Shown: piece by piece, positions 18,226 to 26,912 of the stretch
How the letters are laid out: the number at the start of each line of letters is the position of its first letter
How positions within the stretch are numbered: the stretch's first letter is position 1
Assembly: GCA_046590235.1 (NCBI GenBank)
Contig: JBKJTY010000035.1
Span: 14,722 to 78,721 of the forward strand
Direction: 5' to 3'
From: Candidatus Magasanikiibacteriota bacterium
GTDB lineage: Bacteria > Patescibacteriota > Patescibacteriia > Magasanikbacterales > GWA2-37-8
Length of the DNA stretch: 64,000 nucleotides
The notes under the pieces: generated by a model
Database searches by the model: none
Told to the model about the DNA's origin: nothing
What the model saw: only the letters and a program-made list of their open reading frames with translations
Translations under genes and position numbers: made by a program

Positions 18226-19209
18226 ATGAAGAAAAAATTACTTGTCGTAGGAATTATTTTAACTGCATTGCTCGCCGGGTATATAAGCCTATTTTTTATC
18301 GACACATCAAGTCAGGATATTCGCTATGGTATTAGTTTTGATCCAGATTACGCACGATATATTAATAAAGATGCAGGTAAGGCGTATATGACCACACTAA
18401 ATGATTGGCATTTTAAATTAATCCGTTTACCGGTGCACTGGGATGTTATTGAAAAAAAACAAGGTACATTTGATTTCAGCGACATCGATTGGTATGTTGA
18501 TCGAGCAAAAGATAGTGGGGCAAAAGTGATTTTGTCTATCGGTCAAAAAACACCACGCTGGCCAGAGTGTCATATTCCAACGTGGACTAAAGAATTGGAC
18601 CAGGCAGAATATATCGCTGCGGTTAAAAGCTATTTAGAGGCCGCTGTTGTGCATTACCGTGGTAATCCGGCATTAGAAATGTGGCAAGTTGAAAACGAAC
18701 CTTTTTTACATTTTGGTAACTGTCCAACAGTTACAACTGGCGATTTACATTCCGAAATTACACTCGTAAAAAAACTTGACCCAAACCATCCTACGCTTGT
18801 AGGGGACAGCGGTGAACTAAGTAGCTGGCTGGTAACCGGTACTGCGGGAGATTATTTTGGTACAACTGTATACCGCTTGGTTTACAATAAATACTTTGGC
18901 TACCTTAATTATGATTTCCTTCCTGCCGCATTCTACCGTTTAAAGCTATGGTTAGTAGGTAGAGAACCATCAAAAGCCTTCTTGTTGGAGTTGCAAGCGG
19001 AACCTTGGCTCACTGAAAAGCCCTTTAAAGAAGTTGCGCTTGAGGAGCAATATCAATCAATGAATTTGAATCGTTTAGAAAACAACATTTCCTACGCGCA
19101 ACAGATTGGTTTAAGCCGGGTATATCTCTGGGGTGCGGAGTGGTGGTATTGGCTTTTGGAACAAGGTATTCATGATATTCCGGATTATGTAAAAACTCTC
19201 CCCAAGTAA
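18226..19209 (+). CDS. membrane-anchored TIM-barrel glycoside hydrolase (GH5-like NEP catalytic motif)
   Basis: N-terminal TM segment. The sequence reads HWDVIE...KVILSIGQKTPRWP...EMWQVENEP, where the ENEP motif is typical of clan GH-A acid/base sites. Confidence 0.45.
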   Translation: MKKKLLVVGIILTALLAGYISLFFIDTSSQDIRYGISFDPDYARYINKDAGKAYMTTLNDWHFKLIRLPVHWDVIEKKQGTFDFSDIDWYVDRAKDSGAKVILSIGQKTPRWPECHIPTWTKELDQAEYIAAVKSYLEAAVVHYRGNPALEMWQVENEPFLHFGNCPTVTTGDLHSEITLVKKLDPNHPTLVGDSGELSSWLVTGTAGDYFGTTVYRLVYNKYFGYLNYDFLPAAFYRLKLWLVGREPSKAFLLELQAEPWLTEKPFKEVALEEQYQSMNLNRLENNISYAQQIGLSRVYLWGAEWWYWLLEQGIHDIPDYVKTLPK

Positions 19210-19210
19210 C

Positions 19211-19230
19211 CCTGCCTGCCGGCAGGCAGG
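19211..19230. repeat. second copy of the 20-bp palindrome CCTGCCTGCCGGCAGGCAGG
   Basis: An exact copy of 11775-11794, here immediately after GTAAC of the hydrolase stop codon context. Confidence 0.6.
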
Positions 19231-19276
19231 CGTTGACTTCTTTAAGTATTTAAGCTATACTGAAGAAGCTTTAAAA

Positions 19277-19350
19277 GCGCACTTAGCTCAGTTGGTTAGA
19301 GCATCTCGTTTACACCGAGAGGGTCGAGGGTTCGAATCCCCCAGTGCGCA
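19277..19350 (+). tRNA. tRNA-Val (anticodon TAC)
   Basis: Acceptor stem GCGCACT/AGTGCGC, D-arm GCTC..GAGC, anticodon stem TCTCG/CGAGA with loop TTTACAC, T-loop TTCGAAT. No CCA is encoded. There is one A-C mismatch in the T-stem. Confidence 0.8.
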
Positions 19351-19356
19351 CGTATG

Positions 19357-19389
19357 AAAATAGCAGCTTAACGCTGTTGTTTTTTTATT
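19357..19389 (+). terminator. terminator module T (left direct repeat of the islet)
   Basis: aaaatAGCAGCttaacGCTGTTgttttttt; an almost identical copy is at 21619-21648 and a variant at 20604-20634. Confidence 0.55.
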
Positions 19390-19463
19390 CCTACTTCATT
19401 CGAGCACCATGTCGTGCACAATAAAAACACATTCGTTTAATCGAGTGTGTTTTGTTGTGTGTA

Positions 19464-19492
19464 TTGACAAAATTGCATTTTATTGCTATACT
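19464..19492 (+). promoter_or_regulatory. promoter TTGACA-N17-TATACT for cassette A
   Basis: TTGACA at 19464-19469, TATACT at 19487-19492. Confidence 0.5.
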
Positions 19493-19554
19493 ATGCCGTT
19501 GGGATTAATTTCTCAACACAACCATAAACGTTTTTTACAACCCAAGGAGTAGTG

Positions 19555-20412
19555 ATGGAAAAGGTGCGTGCCGTAGCGGTTCTGTTGTTCATGTTTACAA
19601 CCTCCAACCTTGCCATCGCGGCAGAGAAAGAGCTCTCGATTCCCAAGGATCAGCTAGCCCTGCTCGACAAGGCCAGGAAGGCCCTCGTCAAGATCGCCGC
19701 CAAGAGCGACCGTGCGAAAGGGTTGTTGGCTTTGTACAACAACCACGCAGTTCCGGCCCTTACCGATAGCGACCAGGTTCGGATCGTTTCCATCCCGAAG
19801 GTGGTGCCGTACTTTTTTGTGGCGGCGAACCCGCGGGTTGAGACGCAAGTCTCGAATGAGGGTGGAACATTCGCCTATTTTAACTGTACTGAACAGCCGA
19901 GCTTGCTCTTGAAGAATTTCCCGACTGTCTCAGAAACGGTCCATGGCATTATGCTGGCCCACGAGTTGGTGCATGCTGAGGACTGCCTGTTCGGAGGCGA
20001 GGGGGCAAATAAACAGCATGATGATGCTTGGTTGATCGGCGAATTGCATGCGCACAACACTGTCTGGATGCTGCTTAACGACATCTCCGACGGAGGTTGG
20101 AATAAGGTTGTGACAGGTTCTCTCCGTCGGCGAATGCAGATGATGAGCGCCGGCCAGGACAACCCGAAAGCAATGGTCTTCGGATATTCTACAGATGATA
20201 TCGTGAGCATTGAAAAAATGTTCGGTGCCCAAGATGATGTCGCAATCGGCGCCTTGATTGCCCAACTCCAGGTTGATGTGAACATGCTCAAAATCGCGCT
20301 CAATACACCTGGCAGCGGCGTGCTCTACGACGTGTCTCCTGAACTGGCAGAAAATCAGTTGAGGTTAGTCAAAGCGTTCTACAAAGAGAACGAACAAGCT
20401 ATTCAGCAGTAG
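19555..20412 (+). CDS. secreted protein with an HExxH-like motif (possible metallopeptidase-like), GC-rich cassette A
   Basis: RBS AAGGAG; signal peptide (AVAVLLFMFTTSNLAIAAE); motif AHELVHAED; GC-rich codon usage. The ORF track's first M is a GTG at 19552. Confidence 0.5.
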   Translation: MEKVRAVAVLLFMFTTSNLAIAAEKELSIPKDQLALLDKARKALVKIAAKSDRAKGLLALYNNHAVPALTDSDQVRIVSIPKVVPYFFVAANPRVETQVSNEGGTFAYFNCTEQPSLLLKNFPTVSETVHGIMLAHELVHAEDCLFGGEGANKQHDDAWLIGELHAHNTVWMLLNDISDGGWNKVVTGSLRRRMQMMSAGQDNPKAMVFGYSTDDIVSIEKMFGAQDDVAIGALIAQLQVDVNMLKIALNTPGSGVLYDVSPELAENQLRLVKAFYKENEQAIQQ

Positions 20413-20430
20413 CGGTTTCTTCGCAAACCG

Positions 20431-20634
20431 CCACGGTCCCGGATACTCAGGGGATCGTGGCGAGTAGGGTCAAAAAACCACCTACAAACTCACGAAGTTT
20501 TCAAGCGATTGGAAATTTCATGAGTAGGTGGTTTTTTAATTCCAACCACCGCTTTATTTCTCTAACCATGGTGTTCCATCGAGCACCCACGTCGTGCACA
20601 CATGAAAATAACAGTGTTTAGCTGTTATTTTTTT
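20431..20634 (+). repeat. structured 3' repeat unit of cassette A (modules S1 stem-loop, S2 long hairpin, M motif, T terminator)
   Basis: S1 is ccacggtccc...gggatcgtgg. S2 is aaaaaaccacctac-38 nt-gtaggtggtttttt. M is ggtgttccatcgagcacccacgtcgtgcaca. T is aaaataacagtgtttagctgttattttttt. All four are repeated after cassette B. Confidence 0.55.
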
Positions 20635-20656
20635 GTCTTCACACAAGCTTCAATCC

Positions 20657-20685
20657 TTGACAATGGATCAAAAATTAATTACACT
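20657..20685 (+). promoter_or_regulatory. promoter TTGACA-N17-TACACT for cassette B
   Basis: TTGACA at 20657-20662, TACACT at 20680-20685. Confidence 0.45.
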
Positions 20686-20734
20686 GTCACAGCCCTTTTC
20701 CAATGAAACCTTCTATCCCTTGGAGAAATAAACG

Positions 20735-21424
20735 ATGCGTGCAATTATTTTCACGATCTTCATTGCTGCTCTGCAGCCGTTGGGTGAGCAGCCTATAAAA
20801 TCACAAGCACCTTTAGCGGAAGAAAAGACAGCCTCTTTGGCTTGTAAGAACGGTCAGGAAGGGCTCAAGAACACGAAAGGATCGCCGTGGTGGTGGATTA
20901 ATAAGATCAATCGGAATTGCGACGCAGAAGCAAGTCGTGAAGCCTACCGTGCAAACTGGGAGCGTTTTCGGACAACTTTCCCAGTTGCGGCAGCTTGGAT
21001 GGCTATGCAGTTAGACTATGTAGTCGACGCAACAATCATCCAGAAAGACCTGTTGTCAGGCTTCGTAACAAACGTAAACTTTGATTCTGACGCAATTGAT
21101 CCAGAAATGGCACAAAAAATACTCGAAAGATTAAAGGGTTATGGTGCCATAATTTCTGCCGAATCAAAACCAATCATTGTGACGGTAACCAGCGTGTTCG
21201 ACAAGCCGGATTGGTCAGAAGCAGACAAGTACCGATACGTCTTTGCCTGCAAGTTTTCTCAAGTGGTGATGGAGTATGGAGCCTTCAAGGTAATTGCTGA
21301 TGCCGCCGATGAAGTCGTAGTGCCAGACATTTACATGAAAATGGGAGATTGTCACGAGTTAATGACAGTCATCCCCGAGTTGGTAGAAAATATCGTGGCT
21401 GAATACCGCAAGCAGAACAAATGA
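20735..21424 (+). CDS. secreted hypothetical protein, GC-rich cassette B
   Basis: Signal peptide MRAIIFTIFIAALQP; GC-rich; no recognisable motif. Confidence 0.5.
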   Translation: MRAIIFTIFIAALQPLGEQPIKSQAPLAEEKTASLACKNGQEGLKNTKGSPWWWINKINRNCDAEASREAYRANWERFRTTFPVAAAWMAMQLDYVVDATIIQKDLLSGFVTNVNFDSDAIDPEMAQKILERLKGYGAIISAESKPIIVTVTSVFDKPDWSEADKYRYVFACKFSQVVMEYGAFKVIADAADEVVVPDIYMKMGDCHELMTVIPELVENIVAEYRKQNK

Positions 21425-21438
21425 ACATGTCAAAAAGT

Positions 21439-21648
21439 CACCGCGATCCCGGATACTCTGGGGGTCGTGGTGGGAGCTAAAAAACCACCTACAAACTCAT
21501 AAGTTTTTCAAGTAATTGGAAACTTCATGAGTAGGTGGTTTTTTATTTCAACACTTCCAACCATCGCCTAATCTCAACAACCACGGTGTTCCATCGAGCA
21601 CCCACGTCGTGCACATATAAAATAGCAGCTTAATGCTGTTGTTTTTTT
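21439..21648 (+). repeat. structured 3' repeat unit of cassette B (S1, S2, M, T). The T copy is the right direct repeat of the islet.
   Basis: Modules are colinear with 20431-20634. The S1 stem has compensatory changes (caccgcgatccc/ggggtcgtggtg versus ccacggtccc/gggatcgtgg). Confidence 0.55.
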
Positions 21649-21658
21649 ATACCCACAA

Positions 21659-21870
21659 GGTGTCACTCGCAATAAAATGTCATCCAGAGCGGAGCGTGGG
21701 ATCTTCCTATTATTCAATTTTACTTCGCTATCGTTCTTTCTTATTTTTCACTCTTGCACAGTCCGCTTGTCACTTTTCTTTGTAACCAAAGCAAAGTAAC
21801 CAAAAGAAAGTTTCGGGGGTTGCTCAGACTCGCCTCGGCTCAGACAGTGAGCAGCCCCAGAACCCCAACT
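21659..21870. repeat. copy b of structured element R1 (lacks the 20-bp palindrome)
   Basis: Aligns with 11629-11868 and carries the compensatory 3' stem. Confidence 0.6.
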
Positions 21871-21933
21871 CCTCGGGCTGTTTTATTATTCTTACTCATG
21901 GTATAATTAAGTAATATTTAATTATCTGAATGG

Positions 21934-24069
21934 ATGTTTATGCAAAAAAGTAAAAGGATTTCGACGCTATCAATCGCGTTACTTAGTTTGCTTTCTTTGG
22001 CAACTTCACTATTTAATCCAATAGCAGCGTCAGCGCTTGAAACATGGACTGAACGTCGGCCTGAAGGCATCGATGGCGATAATACTTGGGAAGGTGCTAG
22101 CGATGCTGATGGGTCAAACCTGATCGCAATAAACACAGCTGGTGAATTATTCATTTCGACAGATAGTGGTGTTAGCTGGAATCCGACTAATCCAGTACTA
22201 GATTCTGAAAATTGGAGCACGGTAGCATCTGATGCAGATGGTTCAAATTTAATTGTTGCACGCAATGGTCGTGCTTACATTACGACTAATGGCGGTTCTA
22301 GCTGGGCTGAAACACAACCAGCAGGGGATACAGATAAGTTGTGGATAACTGTTGGTAGTGATGCTGACGGCTCCACACTTATGGCAGCTGCTAGTTTTGG
22401 TCGTTTGTACATCTCTGCAAACGGTGGTACTACATGGACCGAACGCCAGCCAGCTGGAGATGTTAATAGTAGTTGTCAAAGCATGGTATCAGACACTACT
22501 GGTACTAATCTTTTTGTTCAATGTGCGAACCGTCTTTATACTTCAACTGATGGTGGTGTCAATTGGACTGAACGCCAGCCTATGGGTAATACAAATTTTT
22601 TTGCGAGAGATCTTGCTTCTGATGCGACAGGTTTAAAACTTGTTGCGGGCGTTGAAGGTGGTCGCCTGTATACGTCAGCCGACGGTGGCGCTACATGGAC
22701 CGAGCGTCAACCTGCTGGGGATACAAATCAACAGTGGGTAGGACTTGATTCGGGTGCAGATGGCACACATTTGATCGCAGCGGCGAACTCTGGTCGTTTG
22801 TACACATCCTCAGATAGCGGTGTTACTTGGACTGAGCGCCGGCCAGCAGGTGATGTAGATATAGGATGGAGATTTGCGGCCATGGGCGGTAATTTTACTT
22901 TCTTTGTAGGTGCAAATAATGGTAGGTTGTATACGGGTATTATAGATGAAGCCGGCCCAATAATTACCACTTACTCCCCAGCTGACAATGCTACCGATGT
23001 TGCTGTTACTGCCAATCTCACTATCACCCTAGATAGCACCTTCGTCACCGGAACAAACAAAAATATTATCATTAAAAAATCTTCTGACGATAGTATTGTT
23101 GAAACAATTTCAGTTAGCAGTAGTCAAGTAATCGCAAGTGGTTTAGAAATTACCATTAATCCAAGCGCATCTTTGAGCTATAGTACAAGCTACTATGTCC
23201 AAATGGACGCTGGTGCGTTCCAAGACGCCTATAGCAATGACATGCTAGCTATCTCCAATACAACAACCTGGAACTTTACAACTGTCGCCGCACCACGAGT
23301 TGGTGGTGGCGGATATAGTCCACCACTCGTTTCCACACCAGTCGCGCCTGTAATCACCATGCCAATTTACGAACCACCCCTCATCCCCAATCCAGCGGAT
23401 CCGGTAACAATCTCACCAATAAACATTGCGCCACCTATTATTGTGCAACCTGTCATTGCTCCTGTTGCACCAGTCATTACGCCGGTGGTCGTTGTTCCAG
23501 AAGTAACAACCCCTGTTGTCGTCACGCCTGTCTCAGCCCCGCTCATTACTGCGCCACCAATCCAAGTTAAACTCCTCAACCCAGGCATCCGCTCAGTAGA
23601 AGTGTTAAATCTTCAAAAAACACTTAACCAACTCGGTTATACTGTTGCACAAACTGGTCCTGGCTCAATCGGCAATGAAACAAATTTCTTCGGTAAAGCC
23701 ACCTATAACGCGCTTCTGAATTTCCAAAAATTAAATAATTTGCCAACAACCGGTATTGCCGATAAAGCTACAATAGAAACAATCAATCAAAAGTCTGTTA
23801 CAGGAGAAGTACTAGGTGTAAAACTCATTAAATTTACACGCAACTTAGCAACCGGCAGTAATGGCGATGATGTTAAACGCTTACAGCAGTGGCTTAATGC
23901 CAACGGCTTCACGGTCGCGGAGTCAGGTCCTGGCTCTGTTGGTAAAGAAACTAAACAGTTCGGTAAAGCAACCCGCGAAGCACTCAAACGCTTCCAAAAG
24001 GATAGTGGTGAAAAAGAAACGGGAATCTTTAGCGTAAACACAAAAGAGAAGATTAATGGAATGCTCTAA
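21934..24069 (+). CDS. secreted BNR/Asp-box beta-propeller protein with an Ig-like domain, a Pro-rich linker and two C-terminal peptidoglycan-binding domains
   Basis: Signal peptide. At least six Sx[DN]xGxxW repeats (STDSGVSWN, TTNGGSSWA, SANGGTTWT, STDGGVNWT, SADGGATWT, SSDSGVTWT). Pro/Val linker. Two PG_binding_1-like repeats (LQKTLNQLGYTV..., VKRLQQWLNANGFTV...). Confidence 0.65.
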   Translation: MFMQKSKRISTLSIALLSLLSLATSLFNPIAASALETWTERRPEGIDGDNTWEGASDADGSNLIAINTAGELFISTDSGVSWNPTNPVLDSENWSTVASDADGSNLIVARNGRAYITTNGGSSWAETQPAGDTDKLWITVGSDADGSTLMAAASFGRLYISANGGTTWTERQPAGDVNSSCQSMVSDTTGTNLFVQCANRLYTSTDGGVNWTERQPMGNTNFFARDLASDATGLKLVAGVEGGRLYTSADGGATWTERQPAGDTNQQWVGLDSGADGTHLIAAANSGRLYTSSDSGVTWTERRPAGDVDIGWRFAAMGGNFTFFVGANNGRLYTGIIDEAGPIITTYSPADNATDVAVTANLTITLDSTFVTGTNKNIIIKKSSDDSIVETISVSSSQVIASGLEITINPSASLSYSTSYYVQMDAGAFQDAYSNDMLAISNTTTWNFTTVAAPRVGGGGYSPPLVSTPVAPVITMPIYEPPLIPNPADPVTISPINIAPPIIVQPVIAPVAPVITPVVVVPEVTTPVVVTPVSAPLITAPPIQVKLLNPGIRSVEVLNLQKTLNQLGYTVAQTGPGSIGNETNFFGKATYNALLNFQKLNNLPTTGIADKATIETINQKSVTGEVLGVKLIKFTRNLATGSNGDDVKRLQQWLNANGFTVAESGPGSVGKETKQFGKATREALKRFQKDSGEKETGIFSVNTKEKINGML

Positions 24070-24123
24070 ACTTCATTACTAAAAAATAATGGCTTTAATA
24101 AGCCATTATTTTTTTGTTTATCC

Positions 24124-24152
24124 TTGACAAGCGCAACTCTTACGGGCATACT
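24124..24152 (+). promoter_or_regulatory. promoter TTGACA-N17-CATACT
   Basis: TTGACA at 24124-24129, CATACT at 24147-24152. Confidence 0.4.
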
Positions 24153-24201
24153 ATGCACGAAGAATAACCTTAACCTATCTCAAATACCCTGGAGTCAGAC
24201 A

Positions 24202-24600
24202 ATGTCTAACACGGCGGTTAAGGAAGTAAAAAAAGTCCTTCCTCCTATTCCCCCCATCGAAAATACAAGGTGTTCACCTGCCAACAGAAAGCAGAAAGAA
24301 CTTCCGTTATTTGACGATGTGCAGCAGTTTGTGGTGACCGTTGTGGCATCACACGTCGGTGTCGGTTGGATTACTCCGCGCCAATTGTTTGAGGTAATTG
24401 CGAAGTATGACGGTTGGAACACCGGTCAGAAAACCACGTTTCTTCCGTTGTTCAGTCGGCTGATTGAGCTTGAATTACTTGAAGTTCGAGGGCCGAAAAA
24501 AGGTTTGGAATACCGTATAACTGTTTCTGCCGCAATCAAATACCTTGAATGGACAGAAGAACAAGCTCGCGACTTAGGCCTCAGTGGAACGGCCGAATGA
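24202..24600 (+). CDS. hypothetical protein (132 aa), possibly winged-helix
   Basis: ORF starting MSNTAVKEV...; weak resemblance to wHTH folds only. Confidence 0.35.
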   Translation: MSNTAVKEVKKVLPPIPPIENTRCSPANRKQKELPLFDDVQQFVVTVVASHVGVGWITPRQLFEVIAKYDGWNTGQKTTFLPLFSRLIELELLEVRGPKKGLEYRITVSAAIKYLEWTEEQARDLGLSGTAE

Positions 24601-24632
24601 TAAAAAAATACGATTGGGGATAAATAAAAGCA

Positions 24633-24693
24633 AGACCGTCTCCAACTCGTTTTAACAATAAATATTGTTGTTAGAACGAGGCGGTCTTATAAA
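24633..24693. other. long imperfect inverted repeat with a palindromic loop, followed by a terminator-like hairpin (24700-24730)
   Basis: aagaccgtctccaactcgttttaac-aataaatatt-gttgttagaacgaggcggtctt, then AACAAC-tgagtatagctcg-GTTGTTtttt. Confidence 0.4.
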
Positions 24694-24752
24694 CAACTGA
24701 GTATAGCTCGGTTGTTTTTTAATCTGACATTTTAGGCAAAATCTGGTATACT

Positions 24753-26912
24753 GTGGTCATGACTCGATCCATGCTTTCCAGTCTATTTTCTCCGAAATCA
24801 ATCGCGATTGTCGGAGCATCCCGCGATAAGACCAAAATTGGTCATATTGTTTTGCGTAACATAAAAGATGGGGGATATGAAGGGAAAATTTTTCCGGTTA
24901 ATCCTTCCGCAAAGAAAATAGATGGACTCGAAGCATTTCCAAATTACGAAGCACTTCCGAAAGTTCCTGATCTTGCCATCATTGCACTACCAGCCGCACT
25001 TGTACTTGAATCTGTCACCGCAATCGGAAAAAAGGGAACAAAAAATATTATCATTTTCAGCGCCGGTTTTAAAGAAATGGGTGGGGAAGGCGCAAAACTG
25101 GAAGAACAACTGCTCGCGCTCGCGAACAAATATAAATTAACAATTGTTGGTCCGAATTGCTTAGGTTTAGTAAGTCCGGAAGCACATTTAAACGCAACAT
25201 TTGGAAAGGTAGATCTTAAACCAGGCAATGTTCGCTTCATCTCTCAGTCCGGCGCCATTGCGACCAGTATTTTTGATTGGGCAGAATCCGCACAGATTGG
25301 TTTAGGAGAATTTATTACACTTGGTAACAAAACTGTAGTTGGCGAAGATGCCGTTTTACGCCACTGGAACGAACAAACAATCAAACCAATAACTAGAAAG
25401 AAACAGCAAAATGAAGGATTGTCTGGTTACCAGCCTGTTGGATTATATTTAGAATCCATTGTCCACGGCCGAGAATTTTTACGTTATGCTAAAGAAATTT
25501 CTAAACACGATCCAGTTTTTCTTTTAAAACCTGGAAAATCTGCTGGCGCGCAAAAAGCCATGATGTCTCACACTGGATCATTGGCGGGCAACGATGCAGT
25601 GCTCAACGCTGCACTCAAGGATGCGGGTATTATGCGTTGTGATGGTATCGAGGATGTCTTTGACTTAACCCGTGCATTTGCTTGGGAAAATGCACCAGAA
25701 GGTCCAAACGTAGCCGTCGTATCAAATGCTGGAGGTCCAGCCGTTATGAGTGCCGATCTTCTCGTTGAAGCAGGGCTTACCCTTGCTCCGTTAAGTGAAA
25801 AAACACATCAAGCACTTCAAAAACATCTTCCACGTGCCGCTGGAATCATGAATCCAGTTGATGTTCTCGGTGACGCCTTAGCAGATCGATACGCCATCGC
25901 CCTTGAAGCAGTGCTTACAGATAAAGCAGTTGATGCGTTGGTGGTTATTTTAACACCGCAAATGATGACGCAGGTTGCTGAAACAGCGAAAGTTATTGCG
26001 ACACTTGGAAAAAAGCATCATAAACCAATTGTTTGTTCATTCATGGGTGGTCGCACTATTATTAGCGGTGAAGTTATTTTGAATAAATATAAATTACCAT
26101 CATTCCGTTATCCAGAACGAGCTATTAAAGCGCTTGGCAAAATGTGGTGGTGGCAATCATGGAGAACAAAACAGCAAAAAACAATGGATAAGCCAAAACC
26201 GGTCATTGGTAGTGCAAAAATTGAAAGTGAATTGCAGGCTCGACAGAAAAAAGGCCAAACTGCATTAACTCCAATCGAAGCAAACAATCTTTTAGAAAAA
26301 ATTGGTTTGCGTATCCCACCATCTTTCAGTTGTAGTAAAAAAATAGATGCAGAAAATTTCTTTAAACAGCAAGGTGCTATTGTTTTAAAACTTGCTTCTG
26401 AACGCGTGCTTCACAAAAGTGATGCCGGCGGTATTATTACTAATATCCGCACGGTAGATGAATTGTCGAAAGCTTGGGATGTGCTTGAAAAAAAAGTTAC
26501 TGATTTGAAATCAGCAGGGGACATCAGTGCGACTATTCAAGCGCAAAAACAACTAACGGGCGGCTTAGAAATCATCGTTGGTATCACTACTGATGCGACA
26601 TTTGGTCGTGTGCTTATGTTTGGTGCTGGTGGTGTATTGGTTGAGCTTGTTAAAGATCGCAATTTGCACTTACTACCTCTCAGCAGAACGGCTATCGAAG
26701 AATTAGTCAGTTCATCACTCATTTTCCCAATGCTCAAAGGTTACCGCGGTGAACAATCGTTTGCCTTGGAAAAATTGTATGATCTCATTGAGCGACTCAT
26801 CAACGCTATTAACGAAATGCCATCCATTGCTGATGTAGAAATAAATCCGATTATCATTACTCATGAAGACGCTTGGGCAGTAGATGGAAGAATCATTTTA
26901 CACACCGTATGA
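24753..26912 (+). CDS. acd: ADP-forming acetyl-CoA synthetase (fused alpha/beta; acetate--CoA ligase [ADP-forming])
   Basis: N-terminal CoA-binding domain SIAIVGASRDKTKIGHIV, a succinyl-CoA-synthetase-like flavodoxin domain, and a C-terminal ATP-grasp. 719 aa. Confidence 0.75.
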   Translation: MVMTRSMLSSLFSPKSIAIVGASRDKTKIGHIVLRNIKDGGYEGKIFPVNPSAKKIDGLEAFPNYEALPKVPDLAIIALPAALVLESVTAIGKKGTKNIIIFSAGFKEMGGEGAKLEEQLLALANKYKLTIVGPNCLGLVSPEAHLNATFGKVDLKPGNVRFISQSGAIATSIFDWAESAQIGLGEFITLGNKTVVGEDAVLRHWNEQTIKPITRKKQQNEGLSGYQPVGLYLESIVHGREFLRYAKEISKHDPVFLLKPGKSAGAQKAMMSHTGSLAGNDAVLNAALKDAGIMRCDGIEDVFDLTRAFAWENAPEGPNVAVVSNAGGPAVMSADLLVEAGLTLAPLSEKTHQALQKHLPRAAGIMNPVDVLGDALADRYAIALEAVLTDKAVDALVVILTPQMMTQVAETAKVIATLGKKHHKPIVCSFMGGRTIISGEVILNKYKLPSFRYPERAIKALGKMWWWQSWRTKQQKTMDKPKPVIGSAKIESELQARQKKGQTALTPIEANNLLEKIGLRIPPSFSCSKKIDAENFFKQQGAIVLKLASERVLHKSDAGGIITNIRTVDELSKAWDVLEKKVTDLKSAGDISATIQAQKQLTGGLEIIVGITTDATFGRVLMFGAGGVLVELVKDRNLHLLPLSRTAIEELVSSSLIFPMLKGYRGEQSFALEKLYDLIERLINAINEMPSIADVEINPIIITHEDAWAVDGRIILHTV

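Noticed and set aside
19351-21660. CRISPR array or prophage interpretation of the repeat-rich islet
   Set aside because: The repeats are not short, regularly spaced direct repeats with unique spacers. No cas, integrase, capsid or terminase genes are present in the window.
11629-21870. The two R1 copies as attL/attR of a ~10 kb integrated element
   Set aside because: The interval contains glyA, elp3 and other core genes, and the copies are only about 85% identical with structure-preserving changes. This is more consistent with a dispersed structured repeat than with recent integration.
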